Shown here: positions 23,300-36,100 of the stretch, piece after piece
Layout of the letters: the number at the start of each line of letters is the position of its first letter
How positions within the stretch are numbered: position 1 is the stretch's first letter
Source: Takakia lepidozioides
Taxonomy: Eukaryota; Plantae; Bryophyta
DNA: 64,000 nucleotides
Direction: 5' to 3'
Assembly (NCBI GenBank): GCA_030704615.1
Contig: CM060731.1
Location: 74,338,001 to 74,402,000, forward strand
Program-made: the position numbers and the translations under genes
The notes under the pieces: model-generated
The model's input: only the letters and a program-made list of their open reading frames with translations
What the model was told of the DNA's origin: nothing
Databases searched by the model: none

Positions 23300-24210
23300 C
23301 CGGAATTTCCAACGTAGAGGTAATTCGGAGCGCTGCACGATGGAATTCCGGCGCCGGATTTCCATCCTGCAGGTAATTCGGAGCGCAGCAGGATGGAAAT
23401 GCAGCGCCGAATTTCCATCCAGCAAGGTAGGGCGGCGCTTGAAATTTCCCTCATGCAGGTAATTCAGAAGCGCGCGGATGGATATCCGGCGCCGGATTTC
23501 CATCCGCGTAGGTAGGGCGGCGCGCCAAATTTCCCTCACGCAGGTAATTCAAAAGCGCGCGGATGGAAATCTGGCGCCGGATTTCCATCCGCGCAGGTAG
23601 GGCGGTGCGCCAAATTTCCCTCACGCAGGTAACTCAGAAGCGCGCGGATGGAAATCCGGCGCCGGATTTCCATCCGCGCAGGTAGGGCGGCGCGCCAAAT
23701 TTCTCTCACGCAGGTAATTCAGAAGCGCGCGGATGGAAATCCGGCGCCGGATTTCCATCCGCGCAGGTAGGGCGGCACGACAAATTTCCCTCACGCAGGT
23801 AATTCAGAAGCGCGCGGATGGAAATCCGGCGCCGGATGTCCATCCGCGCACGTGCCGACCTCTACGCCCGAGGCGACTTCATCTGGGCGTCCCCTGTTCG
23901 ATATTCGGTGCCGAATTTCCATCTGGGGGTTGAAATGTGACGGCCAAGTGCCGGCCTCTCCCCCCTCCCCGACTGCATCCGAACTGCCCGGATGGAAATT
24001 CGGCGCCGTTTTTCCATCTGGGGATGTTTTTATGCCGGCCAGTTTTCGGCCTGACCCCCCGACACGACTTCCTTTGGGGGGCCCGGATGGAAATTCGGCG
24101 CTGAATTTCCATCCGGGGGATGTTCTCTGTCGGCCAGGTGTCGGCCTCTCTGCCCCAGGCGACTTCATCCGGGCGGCCCCAGTTGGATATTCGGTGCCGA
24201 ATTTCCATTA
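23300..24210. repeat. Intergenic (divergent promoter region) array: 85-bp units with perfect 38-bp palindromes, then degenerate GGCGCC/GGTGCC motifs
   Basis: CAGGTAA(T/C)TC at 23541, 23626, 23711, 23796; GCGCGGATGGAAATCCGGCGCCGGATTTCCATCCGCGC is a perfect palindrome at 23642-23679 and 23727-23764. Confidence 0.93.
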
Positions 24211-24512
24211 AGGGGTAGTAATGTGACGGCACGGTGCCGGCTTCTCCCCTTCAGCCGACATCATCCGGACGGCCCCCCACTTTCTGACTGCATACCGTTG
24301 GCAGTTATTGCGCAAAGAGCAGGGGCCGCATTCCGGAGACAAGGTTCATTAACACTCTGACTTTGGATTTTTGAGATAGTTGGCTCCCTGGATTTGGATC
24401 AGGCTTCGTCGCTCGGACAAATCGGCATCGCATTCATTCCCATCGCTGCATCCCCCTTCTACCAGGGAGCTTCCCCGCACGCCATCCTGGCAGTCTTGTG
24501 TGCACATCTCCC

Positions 24513-27500
24513 ATGGCGGAAAACCCGAGCGCTACAGTGTACTGCCCTCCTCACGAGCATAGAGCTTCATTTCCGTGCAGAGGGGACACCTGCCGGGTGA
24601 TGGAGAAATATCTATGCGTTCGATACCACCTGAAACCGGGGTCGGTTTTTTTGGAGGAGGAAAAGAAGGACTCTAACGGCCTTGTTGTCGAGAGTATTGT
24701 TGTGCTCCACGATGATTTCGGCGATGGCAGGGAATGGCGAGTTCCACCATCGGACAGCGTCATATACAGGGCTGTTGGGGACTTCATTTGCCCGCCAAAT
24801 GCACCTTCTATCCTGGCGCCTTCCACGAAACAATCCGCGAATCAGAGAGTGGCTACCTCAAAGAGAGAAGTCCGCAACGAAGTAAATCCAGAGCCGAACC
24901 CATCCATGAAGACGAGCGAGAACCGGGTTGTTCACAACCTGTCCGACTCAGACGAGGTCATGGAAGTTCCGAGGTCGTCCTGGAGATCAGGCAAGTCCTC
25001 AATGGACGTCAGTGGAGGAGGGAGTCATATTCCCAGCACGAGCACCGCAGTTCGATCTATTCTTGAAATTCTGCGAGGGCTTCACCTGGAGGGACACCGG
25101 TCAGAGCTGGCCGGGCTGGACTACAGCAAGTTCACAATTAAATCGGTTACATGCCTTCCCGCCGACGTCGACGGTAATATCTTCTTTGAGTTCCCTCCTC
25201 GGGCGGACTACTCGAGGGCGTCCGGAATGTTGACAGATATGGATAGAAAACATGACGGTCATCCTTGGTGCGTTACCAAAACCACCAGCATGAAGATGCT
25301 CGATGGTGTGCGGGTGCGGTACGTTGTTTGTGCGGGCGCGTTGCGGTGTTTCTCCCCAACTTGCTTCCACTTTAAATCCAGAGGTCACAGGAACGAGACC
25401 GATTGGACAGGCACAGCTCACCAACCATTTCGAGCTCAGGAGAAGGTTCCAAACTCCACATTTAAGTGTGCGCATTGCAAAGAACCACCACACTGCATGT
25501 CTGTTTGTAATGCCAAGCAGTTCTATGTGTTGCACCGTTTCCCTGACCTCACCCGAGCTTGCATACACGTTGGTTCCCATTGTCACAAATTGGCGAGGGG
25601 GAACTCGCGGGAGGCTGCCCACGAAGCAGAGCAGCTCATTCAGGAGGAGGTTAAGTTGAGACCGGGTGCCAAACCCAAACAGATACAGCTCCAAGCCGCC
25701 CATAAGATGGCATTGGCCAGAATTATGTCGGAAGACGGCTCCGATAGAGTTTCTCTCGACGAGAAGGAAATGGAGGCATTGCTGGAGTCGGTGTCCCACG
25801 TATGTTCACCGAATGTCCGAAACCACATTGTCTCATGCAAACAGAAAATTGGGCGTGGCTCGGATATGCACTCCATTCTGGAGGTGAAGCGACGATGTGG
25901 ATATGACTACATTCATGGAAGTAGGTTTCCAGGACAAGGGACTGAGGCAGATCGTTGTTTCGTATTCAAAATGTCCACGTGTGGACCTAGCAGCGGCGTC
26001 GAACTGGTCGACAGGATGACGAGTGGGAACTTGTCAAACAGTTGGGTCATGTTCGACCATATCATGCGAATTACAAATCACCAGTGGGTGACAATGGATG
26101 CACATGTCTACGACACCCACTGCAGGATGCTAATGACAATTGCTATTTGTGAGATGAAAGGAGAGGACACACAATCGGAGATGCTTCTTTGGCAGGGAAT
26201 AAACGAACAGATGGCCAAGGCGGGATTGCCCCCTCCGAATTTCCGTGGTTTCATGGCGGACAACGCACAAGCAAATTGGGCTGCCATCCGAAGGGTGTAC
26301 GGGCAAGACCCCAATGTTCCCATGGAAGGCAAGGAGAGATCTTGTGGGTTCCATTTTCTGCAGAGCCTTTCGCAGTACACAACCATGGCGCCAGATTTCA
26401 GAGAGGAGCACCGTTCCATGTGCCTTGCGTGGAAGCGCGCTCCCACCTTGGATGATGCAGAGACACAGTTTGCATGCATACGGGCTTGGTGGACATCGTC
26501 AGGTGCTGTAAGGAAATCAGACGAGGGAGCAATGGTCAGTTGGCTAGCATGGTGGCATTATCGTTTCCTCCAGTTTGGCGACTATATGCGGGAGGTGAGT
26601 TGCATGAATTCGCGTCCCGTTGAATATTATTCTTGGCCATATTTGTAACTTGCTTGTAACCTGAACATGTGCTTGTGCAGGAAATGTGTCTCGACTCCGA
26701 CACCGACATGCCCACGACAAACATGGCCGAATCAGTGCACTCTTCCTGGCGTGCCTCCTCTGCGGCGCATCTGGTGGACATCCTCACTGCCACAACGGAG
26801 GACATTGTGAGGTCAATTATGCAGCAATGCAGGTACAACGAGTTCTTGAAAGGGAAACAGTGGGGCTTGGGGCCGGACAGGCAGGAAATGCTGATGCGGA
26901 CTGCCTCTAGATCAAAGAATCCTCGGAAGTGGGCGGCGGCCTTGCGAGAGGGCCTTCGGGACACGCCATTGCTGCGAAGAGGCCAACATTTGGAAGGAGA
27001 TGTTCATACCCGTCCAGTGAGACGAAGACTTGACGAGGCACCTGGCGGAGAAGAGGATTCATGGCGAGCTGACAAGAATATTTGCACGCTCCCTCGTGGT
27101 CCGGTGATGTTGCCCGAGGAGGTCTCGTCGAGCACCGCAAGTCCTGCACGTTCAAGATCGCCATCTCCTTTGAGCACAGGGCGCGTGCCCCGGCAACATA
27201 ATGAGCCATCTGTAGTAAAGCAGTACAACATTCCCATTGTGGAGACAAGAGTGTCGGAGTCACAGTGGAGAATTGCGAGGACATTGCCGGCATTTTGAGG
27301 GAAGTGCTGCGCCATCCGGGTGGATACGAGAGCACGATGTGGTGAGATGATTCGGAGGAACCCACACGGTGCTGTACCTGCACCTTGTTTCAGCGGCAGA
27401 TTTTTGACTCCCACATTTGCTCACGCCACAAACAATTTGGTTCTGTAGGCACGACATAATGACCTGTGTATTTGGCAAGCCCAAGTACGGGATTCAGGGA

Positions 27501-28094
27501 ATGCCGGAGCCTCTAGGCGTCTGGCCTGTTGCACCGGGTTGCAGCCTCTCTCAGAATGAGGCGGATGCTCTATCTGCAGCAGGATTTCGAATGGTGCAAC
27601 GCACAGACATCCCGGCCCACGCATTTCCGGTTCCTCAGACCCAGCCATTGCAGACTGCTCGGTCCAGTAGAGACGGATTGGACAATTCTGCACATCCCAC
27701 AATGCGATTCGGAAGAGTGAAGAGACGACACCCTCCCAACAAGTTGAATGAGACTCGGATTGCCAATGCTCTTGGGATGGCTTGCACTATTCAGAGCTCC
27801 GTGGACGTACCCCCACCCGGCCTTGGGCGTGTGTATCGGATGGCAACGGCCGGCTCGACTGTACGCGACGATGTATACACAATTACGATTGGAGTGGAGC
27901 CGACTTGCAATTGTACGGGCTTCTCGTTGATGGAAGCAAAGAAGGGTTCGAAGTATTATCCGTGCAAGCATGTGTATTACATTTACCTGAAGAGGTTGAG
28001 GATGAACGTGACTATTGATGACTTTATTCATGCACCGGCGTTGAGCGTGAACGAGCTACACAAACTCCTCCTTAGGGATTCCAGAAATCATTGA
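24513..28094 (+). CDS. MULE transposase (GCM-like Zn domain, DDE core, SWIM), 2 exons, disabled near the 3' end
   Basis: Exon 1 24513-26594, exon 2 from 26681 (in phase). DGHPW..CAGALRC...C..CAHC...C...H.GSHCH (GCM-like); WVMFD, FMADNAQA, CGFH (MULE CxxH), TTNMAESVH (catalytic E); SWIM CNCTGF..CKHVYY. Premature TGA 27296-27298 and frameshift near 27430. Confidence 0.9.
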
Positions 28095-28249
28095 TGGGGC
28101 AAAGGGAATCCTCCATATGGATATTTTCAAATGCATTTTGCTGTATCAGACTTTTTTTTGCAGTGTAATGAAATGCACCCCAAAACTCCTGGAATGAGGC
28201 AATATTCCATTCAAACTGAGATCCAACAGAAGCAGTTGTGGGGCCATTT

Positions 28250-28640
28250 CTCGAAAAATGGCGCCGAATTTCTCTTTTTGGGGCCGAAAACTGGCTAAGT
28301 CCCAACATGCACTGGTACCTGTGTCTGGGAAAATGGCGCCGAATTTCTCTTTTTGGGGCCGAAAACTGGCTAAGTCCCAACATGCACTGGTACCGTGTCT
28401 GGAAAAATGGCGCCGAATTTCTTTTTTTTGGGCCGAAAACTGGCTAAGTCCCAACATGCACTGGTACAGTGTCTGGAAAAATGGCGCCGAATTTCCCTAT
28501 TTTGCGCCGAAAACTGGCTAAGTCCGAACATGCACTGGAAAAATGGCGCCGAATTACCTGTCATGAGGGGACCTATAGCCGCGGAATTCGGCACCATTTT
28601 TCGCCAGAGAGACCTATTACCGCGAAATTCGGCGCCATAT
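28250..28640. repeat. Subterminal 74-75-bp tandem repeat with AAATGGCGCCGAATTT motif
   Basis: ATGGCGCCGAATT at 28258, 28333, 28407, 28481, 28543. Confidence 0.9.
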
Positions 28641-28884
28641 TTGCACATGTCGCTGGGAATTGGCATGAGCGGAAGATGAAATATCATGAGCAGAACTGTC
28701 AAAACTGCAATTTTCCCTTCAAGGGGCCGAATAATATATTTGTTTTTTCTGACACATTGCATTAAATTATTGTTTTTTATTGTTTTTTATTTTCGAAATT
28801 TGTACTTCTGCTCATGAAAACCGATTGTCTTACTACTCTGCTCATGCCACTCATGCCGCTCATGCTCATGAAATAACAAACCTC

Positions 28885-29610
28885 CTGCCAATGTGGCAAC
28901 AGGAAAGCATCCAGAAACAGGTAACAGAGATGAGGAGAAGCTGTGGAATGAATACTTTTCTTACCCTGTCAATGGTGGGACAATCCGGCCAAGAAGGTGA
29001 ATGTCTGTCTGATTATAGAGAGTAACAGATGCAATTGAGCATAGGAACTAGTGTGATAAGTTGAGTTGGGTGTTTCCTAGAATAAATCTAGGCTGTCATC
29101 GTGAGCTGCTAGCAGCAAAGCAAGGATGTATGCATGATTTTATGCATAGGCATGGATAGCTGAAGGAGCAGGGATAGAGTGTGGGTCCAGATTCATCCAA
29201 GAGGGCCAGAAAGAGGTCCATGGTGACATCGTCAAAGCTGGAATTGTACCGGATGTCATTCTGAACACTGCCCTGGTGACATGTATGCCAAATGTGGGTG
29301 CATTAAGGATGCGAAAGGAGTTTTCAACACTATGGCTGAACGAGATGTGGTGTCATGGATCGCGATGCTTGCAGGGTATGCACAGCAGGCCGGACGTGGT
29401 ATGGAGGCTTTGGAGACCTATGATCAAATGATGGGGGAAAGGGTGAAGCCTGACCACATCACATTTTTGTGCATTTGCGATGCATGTGCAAGCCTGACAG
29501 CTCTGGAAATGGCATAGAAGTCCATGGCAACATTGTCAGAGCTGGAATTTTACCAAATGTCATTCTGAACAATACCCTTGTGGACATGTACATGCAAAAT
29601 GTGGGTGCAC
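28885..29610 (+). pseudogene. PDF-motif fragment joined directly to PLS-PPR repeats
   Basis: EKLWNEYF..QWWDN (28935-28990), intron, cag|IHPRGP running straight into KEVHGDIVKAG at about 29210, then MYAKCGCIKDAKGVF. Confidence 0.75.
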
Positions 29611-30019
29611 CCTATCCTGCTGATTTGTTGTTATGCTGGAACAGTAGCAAACGTAGAAAGGCATACGCATTTTACATCTGTTGTTATCTTCAGTGCATAT
29701 GTAGTGTCATTTGCACTTTGTCATACTATTGTTTGAGGAGCAGATTTTGGGACTCAGGTGCCATATTGTAAATTTGACTGGCAGCAGTTTAAGAGAAGCT
29801 CTTACATCTACTGCTGTCTTTATGTTCTTTCCTGTGATTCTTGCCTGTGAATAAAGCATTCATTTGCATAGTCATTTTTTGTGTCTTTGTTCTTCCCTTT
29901 GTTCTTCTCTTTGTTTAGTATTGAATAATACTAACCCTAATCTCTACGACCCCTAATGAGATAATCATAGTCGTGGCTCTGCCTGTCCAATACATTTAAA
30001 AGTTCAAAACAACCCCTCA

Positions 30020-30528
30020 TATGACACCACGTGTCCATATATCAGCATGTCATAGTCAGGATCATGACTGCAAGACCTCCTCAATACATGCCACGTGTCC
30101 ACATATCAGGATGTTTGTAGTCATGACAATGACTGCAAGACCTCCTCATTATATGCCACGTATCCATATATTAGCATGGTTGTAGTCAGGATAATGACTG
30201 CAAATCCTCTTCAAGGATATGCCACGTGGCAGTTTCGGGAGACGCCATATGGCGCACATCCACAAAACCTCCTGGACTTATTAGAAAGAGACACGTGTAC
30301 AGTTTGCAGCAGCACACTAAGTCATGTATGGTAGAAATACGTATGACTGCCACATGACAGTAAGATGTATCACTTGGTTCATCTGACTGTAGTCATCCAT
30401 GACTGACCATACTGTACTCATTGTATTGACTTGGTTTGCACGACTTAAAGTCATAGAAGTCATATGTACCGTTTATGACTACGGGATATTTATATATACA
30501 GTCATATATACCGCGATCTGTTGTAGTG
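30020..30528 (+). mobile_element. CACTA element terminus with subterminal repeats
   Basis: ...GATCTGTTGTAGTG ends at 30528 (reverse complement CACTACAACAGATC); many ATGACT/AGTCAT motifs; about 64-bp tandem units near 30027, 30091, 30156. Confidence 0.75.
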
Positions 30529-32446
30529 GTGACAGGTTGGCTTCTCCAGCTATGCCAAAGAACCAATTGTAAAGTTTGAATTTCTACTGACCGTAAGCTC
30601 CATCACCGTGTCCGTGCGCGACCATTCCCGTTAGTGAAACTGGAAGCTGACCCAATCCAGAAATCATCTTGTTTGGAGTCTGGAGCTTTGGAATAGGTGT
30701 TTTCCTATGATCCATTTTGTCGTGAATAATATAGAGAAACTCCTCCGGAATCATAACAAACTCATTCCTCCAGCTATGGTACAGTCTTCTGCACGACTCT
30801 TAGTATCTCAAATGTTTATCAAGCGCTCATTTGTGTGTCACCTGTTCCGCACTTCTCTTGACAGACTTTTTGCTCATGTCCTTTAACATCTCACACTCCG
30901 TGTACTTCCCAAATGTGCTCCCAGTTTTACGAACCTCCACGTTAGGAAATATCCGACTCCGGATGCGGCTAACAGCCGACTACGAGACTCCTTCCAACCC
31001 GAAAAGTCTGTTCGTCTGTTACAATAAGGAAGGGTCAGGAAAATAATGTCCACTGGACAGTGGAGGTTCATGAAACTAGAACCACAGTCGAAAGAGACAA
31101 AATCGAAGGGAGGGTCATCCACATTGAATCGGAAAAAACTTCTAGGAATGAAATTGAAGAATGAAGATTTCATACCTCGTTGGACTCGTCTCGTATTCGC
31201 TTCCAATTATTTCAGGTGGTAAGACTCTCAAAGTATCCCTCATTCCCTCCCCAATGCTTGTCTTATGGGGCATGAGGTCAGTATTTCCGTTGATAATAAA
31301 CAAAAACTTTCAAGAAGAGATCTGAGAATCAAATTTCAGATGTGGGCTCTGACGTGCGAACCTTCATAAATCCGGGCACTGACAAATCAATGTTCGAGGG
31401 AGTTATTCGACGGGAGACAACAGAGGAAACAGAGGAAGAGAAAGATGAAAGTGATGAGTGTAATCTTCAGTCTGATTTAGATAATGACATTTTTGTAGGA
31501 GATAGTGAACAGTCCCCGGGATCCGTCCTTCAGTCCTCTCTCGGATACAGTCCTGACTCTCCTCAGTATCCAGTATCTGTCCTTGTAATTTCTCCAGAAT
31601 ATGTCGCCGCTGATTCTCCAGAATGTTTGGGGTCTGATATTCATCTGTCGCTCCAGGTCAGAAAATCTGCAGATTATGACCTTCCTATCAAACGACGACT
31701 GCATTGGAATGCAGTTTCGAGGTAAATTATTCCTTCGTTGCGTTTTCATTCCATCCAAGATGTCGAGTGCTCAAGGGACAATTTTCTGTGCTTGCCTGTT
31801 GTTGCCCCTCCACTCCCCCGTCGTTCAATGACAAAACATCTCCAACATCGACACAACGTGATCCTGAACTGCTGGCACAATGTTCTGCACCAAAGAGGCG
31901 AAAAAGAGCCCCCGAGCCATTTCCTTCCTCTGCAGGAAATCTTTCCAACGGACTAAAGGCTGACAAGAAAAAAAAAACAGACTCCAAACACATGAGGACT
32001 CCATCAGATGTTGTGGCGCCTCGTCAATCCAAACCCGCGGGAATCCACTGTTCCTCTGCGAGACCTTCAATGGTACATTTCAAAACCATTTCTCCACTTT
32101 CGTTTGCAGTTTGTTTTGCGGTCCCAATCTAACTCCGTAATTTTTATACAAGCGAGTATGGACCCGCAGAACTTCTTGAATACGCCTCCCGACAAGGTGC
32201 GTCCACTAGCCGACATTTATCTTTTCATGATCTCGAACTCTTCGATATATCGTCTACTCTTGGTCTTTTACAATAGTCCATTGTCGGGACACTTATGTCT
32301 CGGAAAACGTAGAGGTCACTCTGAAACTAAGAAACACTACATCGTGTTGTTTCTGATGGCAGAAACACTTAAATTTATTTCCTTAAATTGCGCAAGATGG
32401 CATCGTCCATCAACCTTCATTTGCCACATCGGGGAAGAAGAAACGG

Positions 32447-33164
32447 ATGTTGTTAATATTGAGTGTCAACGGACTGCTCTGCTACCGGCCACCTCCAACC
32501 GGCGGTGAATTATTTAAGGAGAGATTTCGTTTCAAGAAAGTTACAGTTCATGTTTCCGACAGACCTTTTGTGGTTCCCCGGCCCGGAGTCTTGGAGTTTC
32601 TCAACCTTGCGTTCATGCATTTTCACGTGGCGATTTGGTTATGTGCTGAAAGAGATGTGCTTAGTTCCTACGAAAATTGCGAAGAAGTTTTGCTTCATCT
32701 GATCAGCTAAGGATTGCAAAGACACTACCCGTTACATCATGCCTGGGATGAAATATCTCGTTGAGGATATTCGCACTGTTCTTGCCAAGTACCCTGATAC
32801 ACCCTTTGCAACGCAGAGACAAATACTCTTTGTCGATGATGAGCCATCAAAGAGCCTCCGAAACCCACCAAATACTGGATTCTTCCTTATTTCATACAAG
32901 TCATCACCAAAGGGCTTGGTTGACCAGGATGATATGACAAAAGCTGTGTGGCCATATATATTGAAAATGGCTGCAGCTTCAATAGTCATAGATTACATCA
33001 GCGAGAACCCTGCCAAGTGTTCTCGTAAGCCTATTGGTCGCGACCATGCCTATTGGGCTTGGTATGGAAGATATGTTGATCCTCGTGTTTGGATCCCACA
33101 ACAAAAAGAACCTGATTACCTTGGTATGTATTTATCTCTTGTTTGTTGTTTATGGAGAATTTGA
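32447..33164 (+). pseudogene. FCP1/NIF-like (HAD) phosphatase-domain remnant
   Basis: LLILSVNGLLCYR ... RPGVLEFLNLAFMHFHVAIW ... ILFVDDEPSKSLRNPPN resembles FCP1-like LVLDLNGLL / RP..FL..F.V.IW / LLVDDSP.K..NP; the first catalytic Asp is replaced and the domain is split over two ORFs. Confidence 0.65.
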
Positions 33165-36100
33165 TCTTAAAAGTGTCTTCCACTTGCACTAATACTTTAT
33201 CATTTTTTCTACAAGTGTTCCACATTTCAGCTGACATTTGTCATATGAAAAATTGTTTTGCCCAGTCACATGCAAGGAGTGAATTCAAGAAGAGCTTCGT
33301 GATTGGCAAGAATGGTGGGCTTCCCGGCAGGCTTCAAGGGCATCAAGAGATTCAACAAGTAGAGTTCCAAGTAACATTTCGGTTGATAATGTTACTACTA
33401 GGTTTGAGTTCTCCGAAAGTATTTTCTTTTCCTCTGGTGCGGAGACTGTTGCAAGTGGTTGTGGTAACCGGAGGCGTCTTCGAACACATGCCTTTCTTTC
33501 ATGTCATCTTCTTCATCACATGCCATGATTGTTCTATGTTTGGTTTTGTATGTCATCTGATATGACAACCATTTTGTGCAAAAAGTTTTACATATCTGAC
33601 CTCAGATCATTTTATTGCATCCTCCCATTTTTTTTTTCGTGAACGTCAACTTGGCAGTGGATGTTCTTCTAAAACCACAGTACATACTTATATTGTCTCC
33701 AAAATATTGTGCATAAAATAGCCAAATAATCATATATATCGCTTTATTTCAATAATAAATTTTGTTTATTCATATTTCTCATATTATTTCTGGACCAAAC
33801 AAAAGTCCAAAATTAGTTAACATAGTGTTACGTTTAGCAAGAAGCAAGTCCAACAAAGCAGGACAGTCAGAAATGAGACGCATAGCATGACCAATTCATC
33901 AAGTTCTGGTTCACCTGCTTGTTGCTCAACATGAGATGTGATGGCCACACTTGGTTGAGTTTCAGGACAAGGCAATCTTGTTCCACCCGCTGTGAACTCA
34001 GTACTAAGCCCACTGACTTCAAAAATTTGCTCACAAGGATCTTTTACCTCTCCCATCTCACTGTTTTGATCATTTAAAAGTCTAGACTTAGCTCTTGTGA
34101 GCATTCAATAGTTCACTGCAACTTTGCATTAAGAAAGCACCAGGCCAATAAACCTTCACCTGTCGGAGGGGTTTATCATAGACTTCTCCCAGTCCGAGGT
34201 GTGATAGGAAGAGATGAACCGATGGTTGTAACTTAGGTAAACAGCCTCTCCCGGCCCTGCAGATGCCACAATCGTTCAGCCACCTTGAGCCAAAATGAAA
34301 CTCGTGTAACAGTTCCAACTACCTTCTCCTTCACAACTAAAGAGTGCAAACGATAGCGCTCGGCTGGGTTGTGCGCATGGCAGAGCCCGATCTTCTCCTC
34401 ATCAAAAGATGTACCAGGATACACCACTATATCCCTGGTAGTGAACTTGAATTGATGCTGCGGGATTCCAGTAATGGCTTGCTCCCAAGTGAAATCGTCA
34501 GCATGCAGTTCTTTGTCCTAGGCAGGACGAATATTGGTCAATGCAGCTGCAGTGCCACCCCGAGTGAACTCCCACAATCAATAGCCACTAACGGGCTTGA
34601 GAAACTTAAAGCTTTCAAGGTCGGAGGTCCGGTCCCTGGTCACAACAAATTTAGGTACTCCTAACTGGGGCTAGATGAGCAGCTGCCCTACACCAAGTCG
34701 CCGATGAATCTCATTCTTGGGCAATGGCTTCGCAATCTCTTTGGCATGGAGTTTCTGCAGCAGTCGTCCCGCAAAGGCACCTTGCTTGGCGGCAGCTACT
34801 TTTCTGCATTGCTCACGAGCCTCCCACTCATTGCTCACAGGTTTGCGAGCTTATTCTATGGCGGTCCGCTCAAATTGAGCACACCAGTACTCAGAAGGCG
34901 CATCCAAGGGGATTTTGTCATCAGGACCCCTCACAGGTGGTTCGCCTTCAGACGTTTTAACCAGATTGGACGGCGTAAGATCACGAAGAACACCCAAAAA
35001 CACTGCCTCAAAAGAATCGTCAGCAATGTCCAAACAAGATGATTCATGCGAGCTGGAAGCCGCCATCGCACTCACTCACTGCACAACAAAACACGACCAA
35101 AACGAGAGCTAGCTACAAGGTGATGGGTGAATAAAGAGTATAGCACGGTGAATGCCGCCATTGCACTAGATCTTTAATTTGTACGACCAGCCGAACCTAC
35201 GAAGCCCTGCCGCCAAAACACCGCCAAGCACGCTAGTTTAAGTGGCCCCCATCTCCACCAAATTTCTCTACCCGAGGGATATTTTCTTATCCTCTGAGAG
35301 TTTGGGCGTTAAAGCGGGGAAGTAGTCAGTAAAGCACTCCAAGCTATATGGGAAGGATCTCTTGCTAGAGAAGCCTCAAATGTGGGCCAATCAAATCACA
35401 TGCAGGGGCATCAAGTGCAAAACATCCAAACACCAGACTCATCCAAGTACACTATGATGATCACACAAAACATTCTGCTTTTGGCAGAAGCCAACCGCTT
35501 TTTATATTAAGGAATGGGCTAATCTGGAATGGCAGATGGTGGCCTCATATTGGCTGCCAGGATTTCTTTAAGTATCCCAGACTCATCAACAGCCACCCTA
35601 TCATATTACATTACCAGGTTGGAATGAGACAAAGACCTTGGCTAACATAAGGCACGTTTAATCAGCCACACCAACCGCCTTGCTTTTCATCCAGCCTACG
35701 AACAGAAGAGCATCTGTAGCAGGTAGTGTAGTGTGAATGCAGGGGAGTAACATTGAAATTTTGTTTGGCATCAGGATTCGGCATTGCTACAAAGGGAGTG
35801 CCCTGGTGCTAATAACAGGAGGGGATTATCCATGCCTACAGGTAATTCTATGGGCACACTATGCTATTGCTCTGCCAGGACAAAATGTGGCTAAGTCATG
35901 ACATATGCCTTTTCATCCGTAGGATGAATGATTTTCCTCGAGATGTTTAAACCTAGAAGCTCGGGTTGAGGAAAACGAAGAGGAAGGCAACGGGCAACTT
36001 TTCGCAGCTGCTGCAGTGGTGTTGGCAGGGCAGTCTCTCTTAGGAAGTTGCACCTACGCTAAGGGAATCAACGTGCTTTAAAAGCGACGTTAAGGGCGTC

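Larger units (their letters stand above)
19650..28884 (+). mobile_element. Mutator-like element copy B (inverted relative to A; cargo-gene end truncated)
   Basis: Right terminus GCTCATGAAATAACAAACCTC ends at 28884; full-length transposase gene; divergent cargo gene; the left part breaks off inside the intronic repeat array with no left TIR or TSD. Confidence 0.92.
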
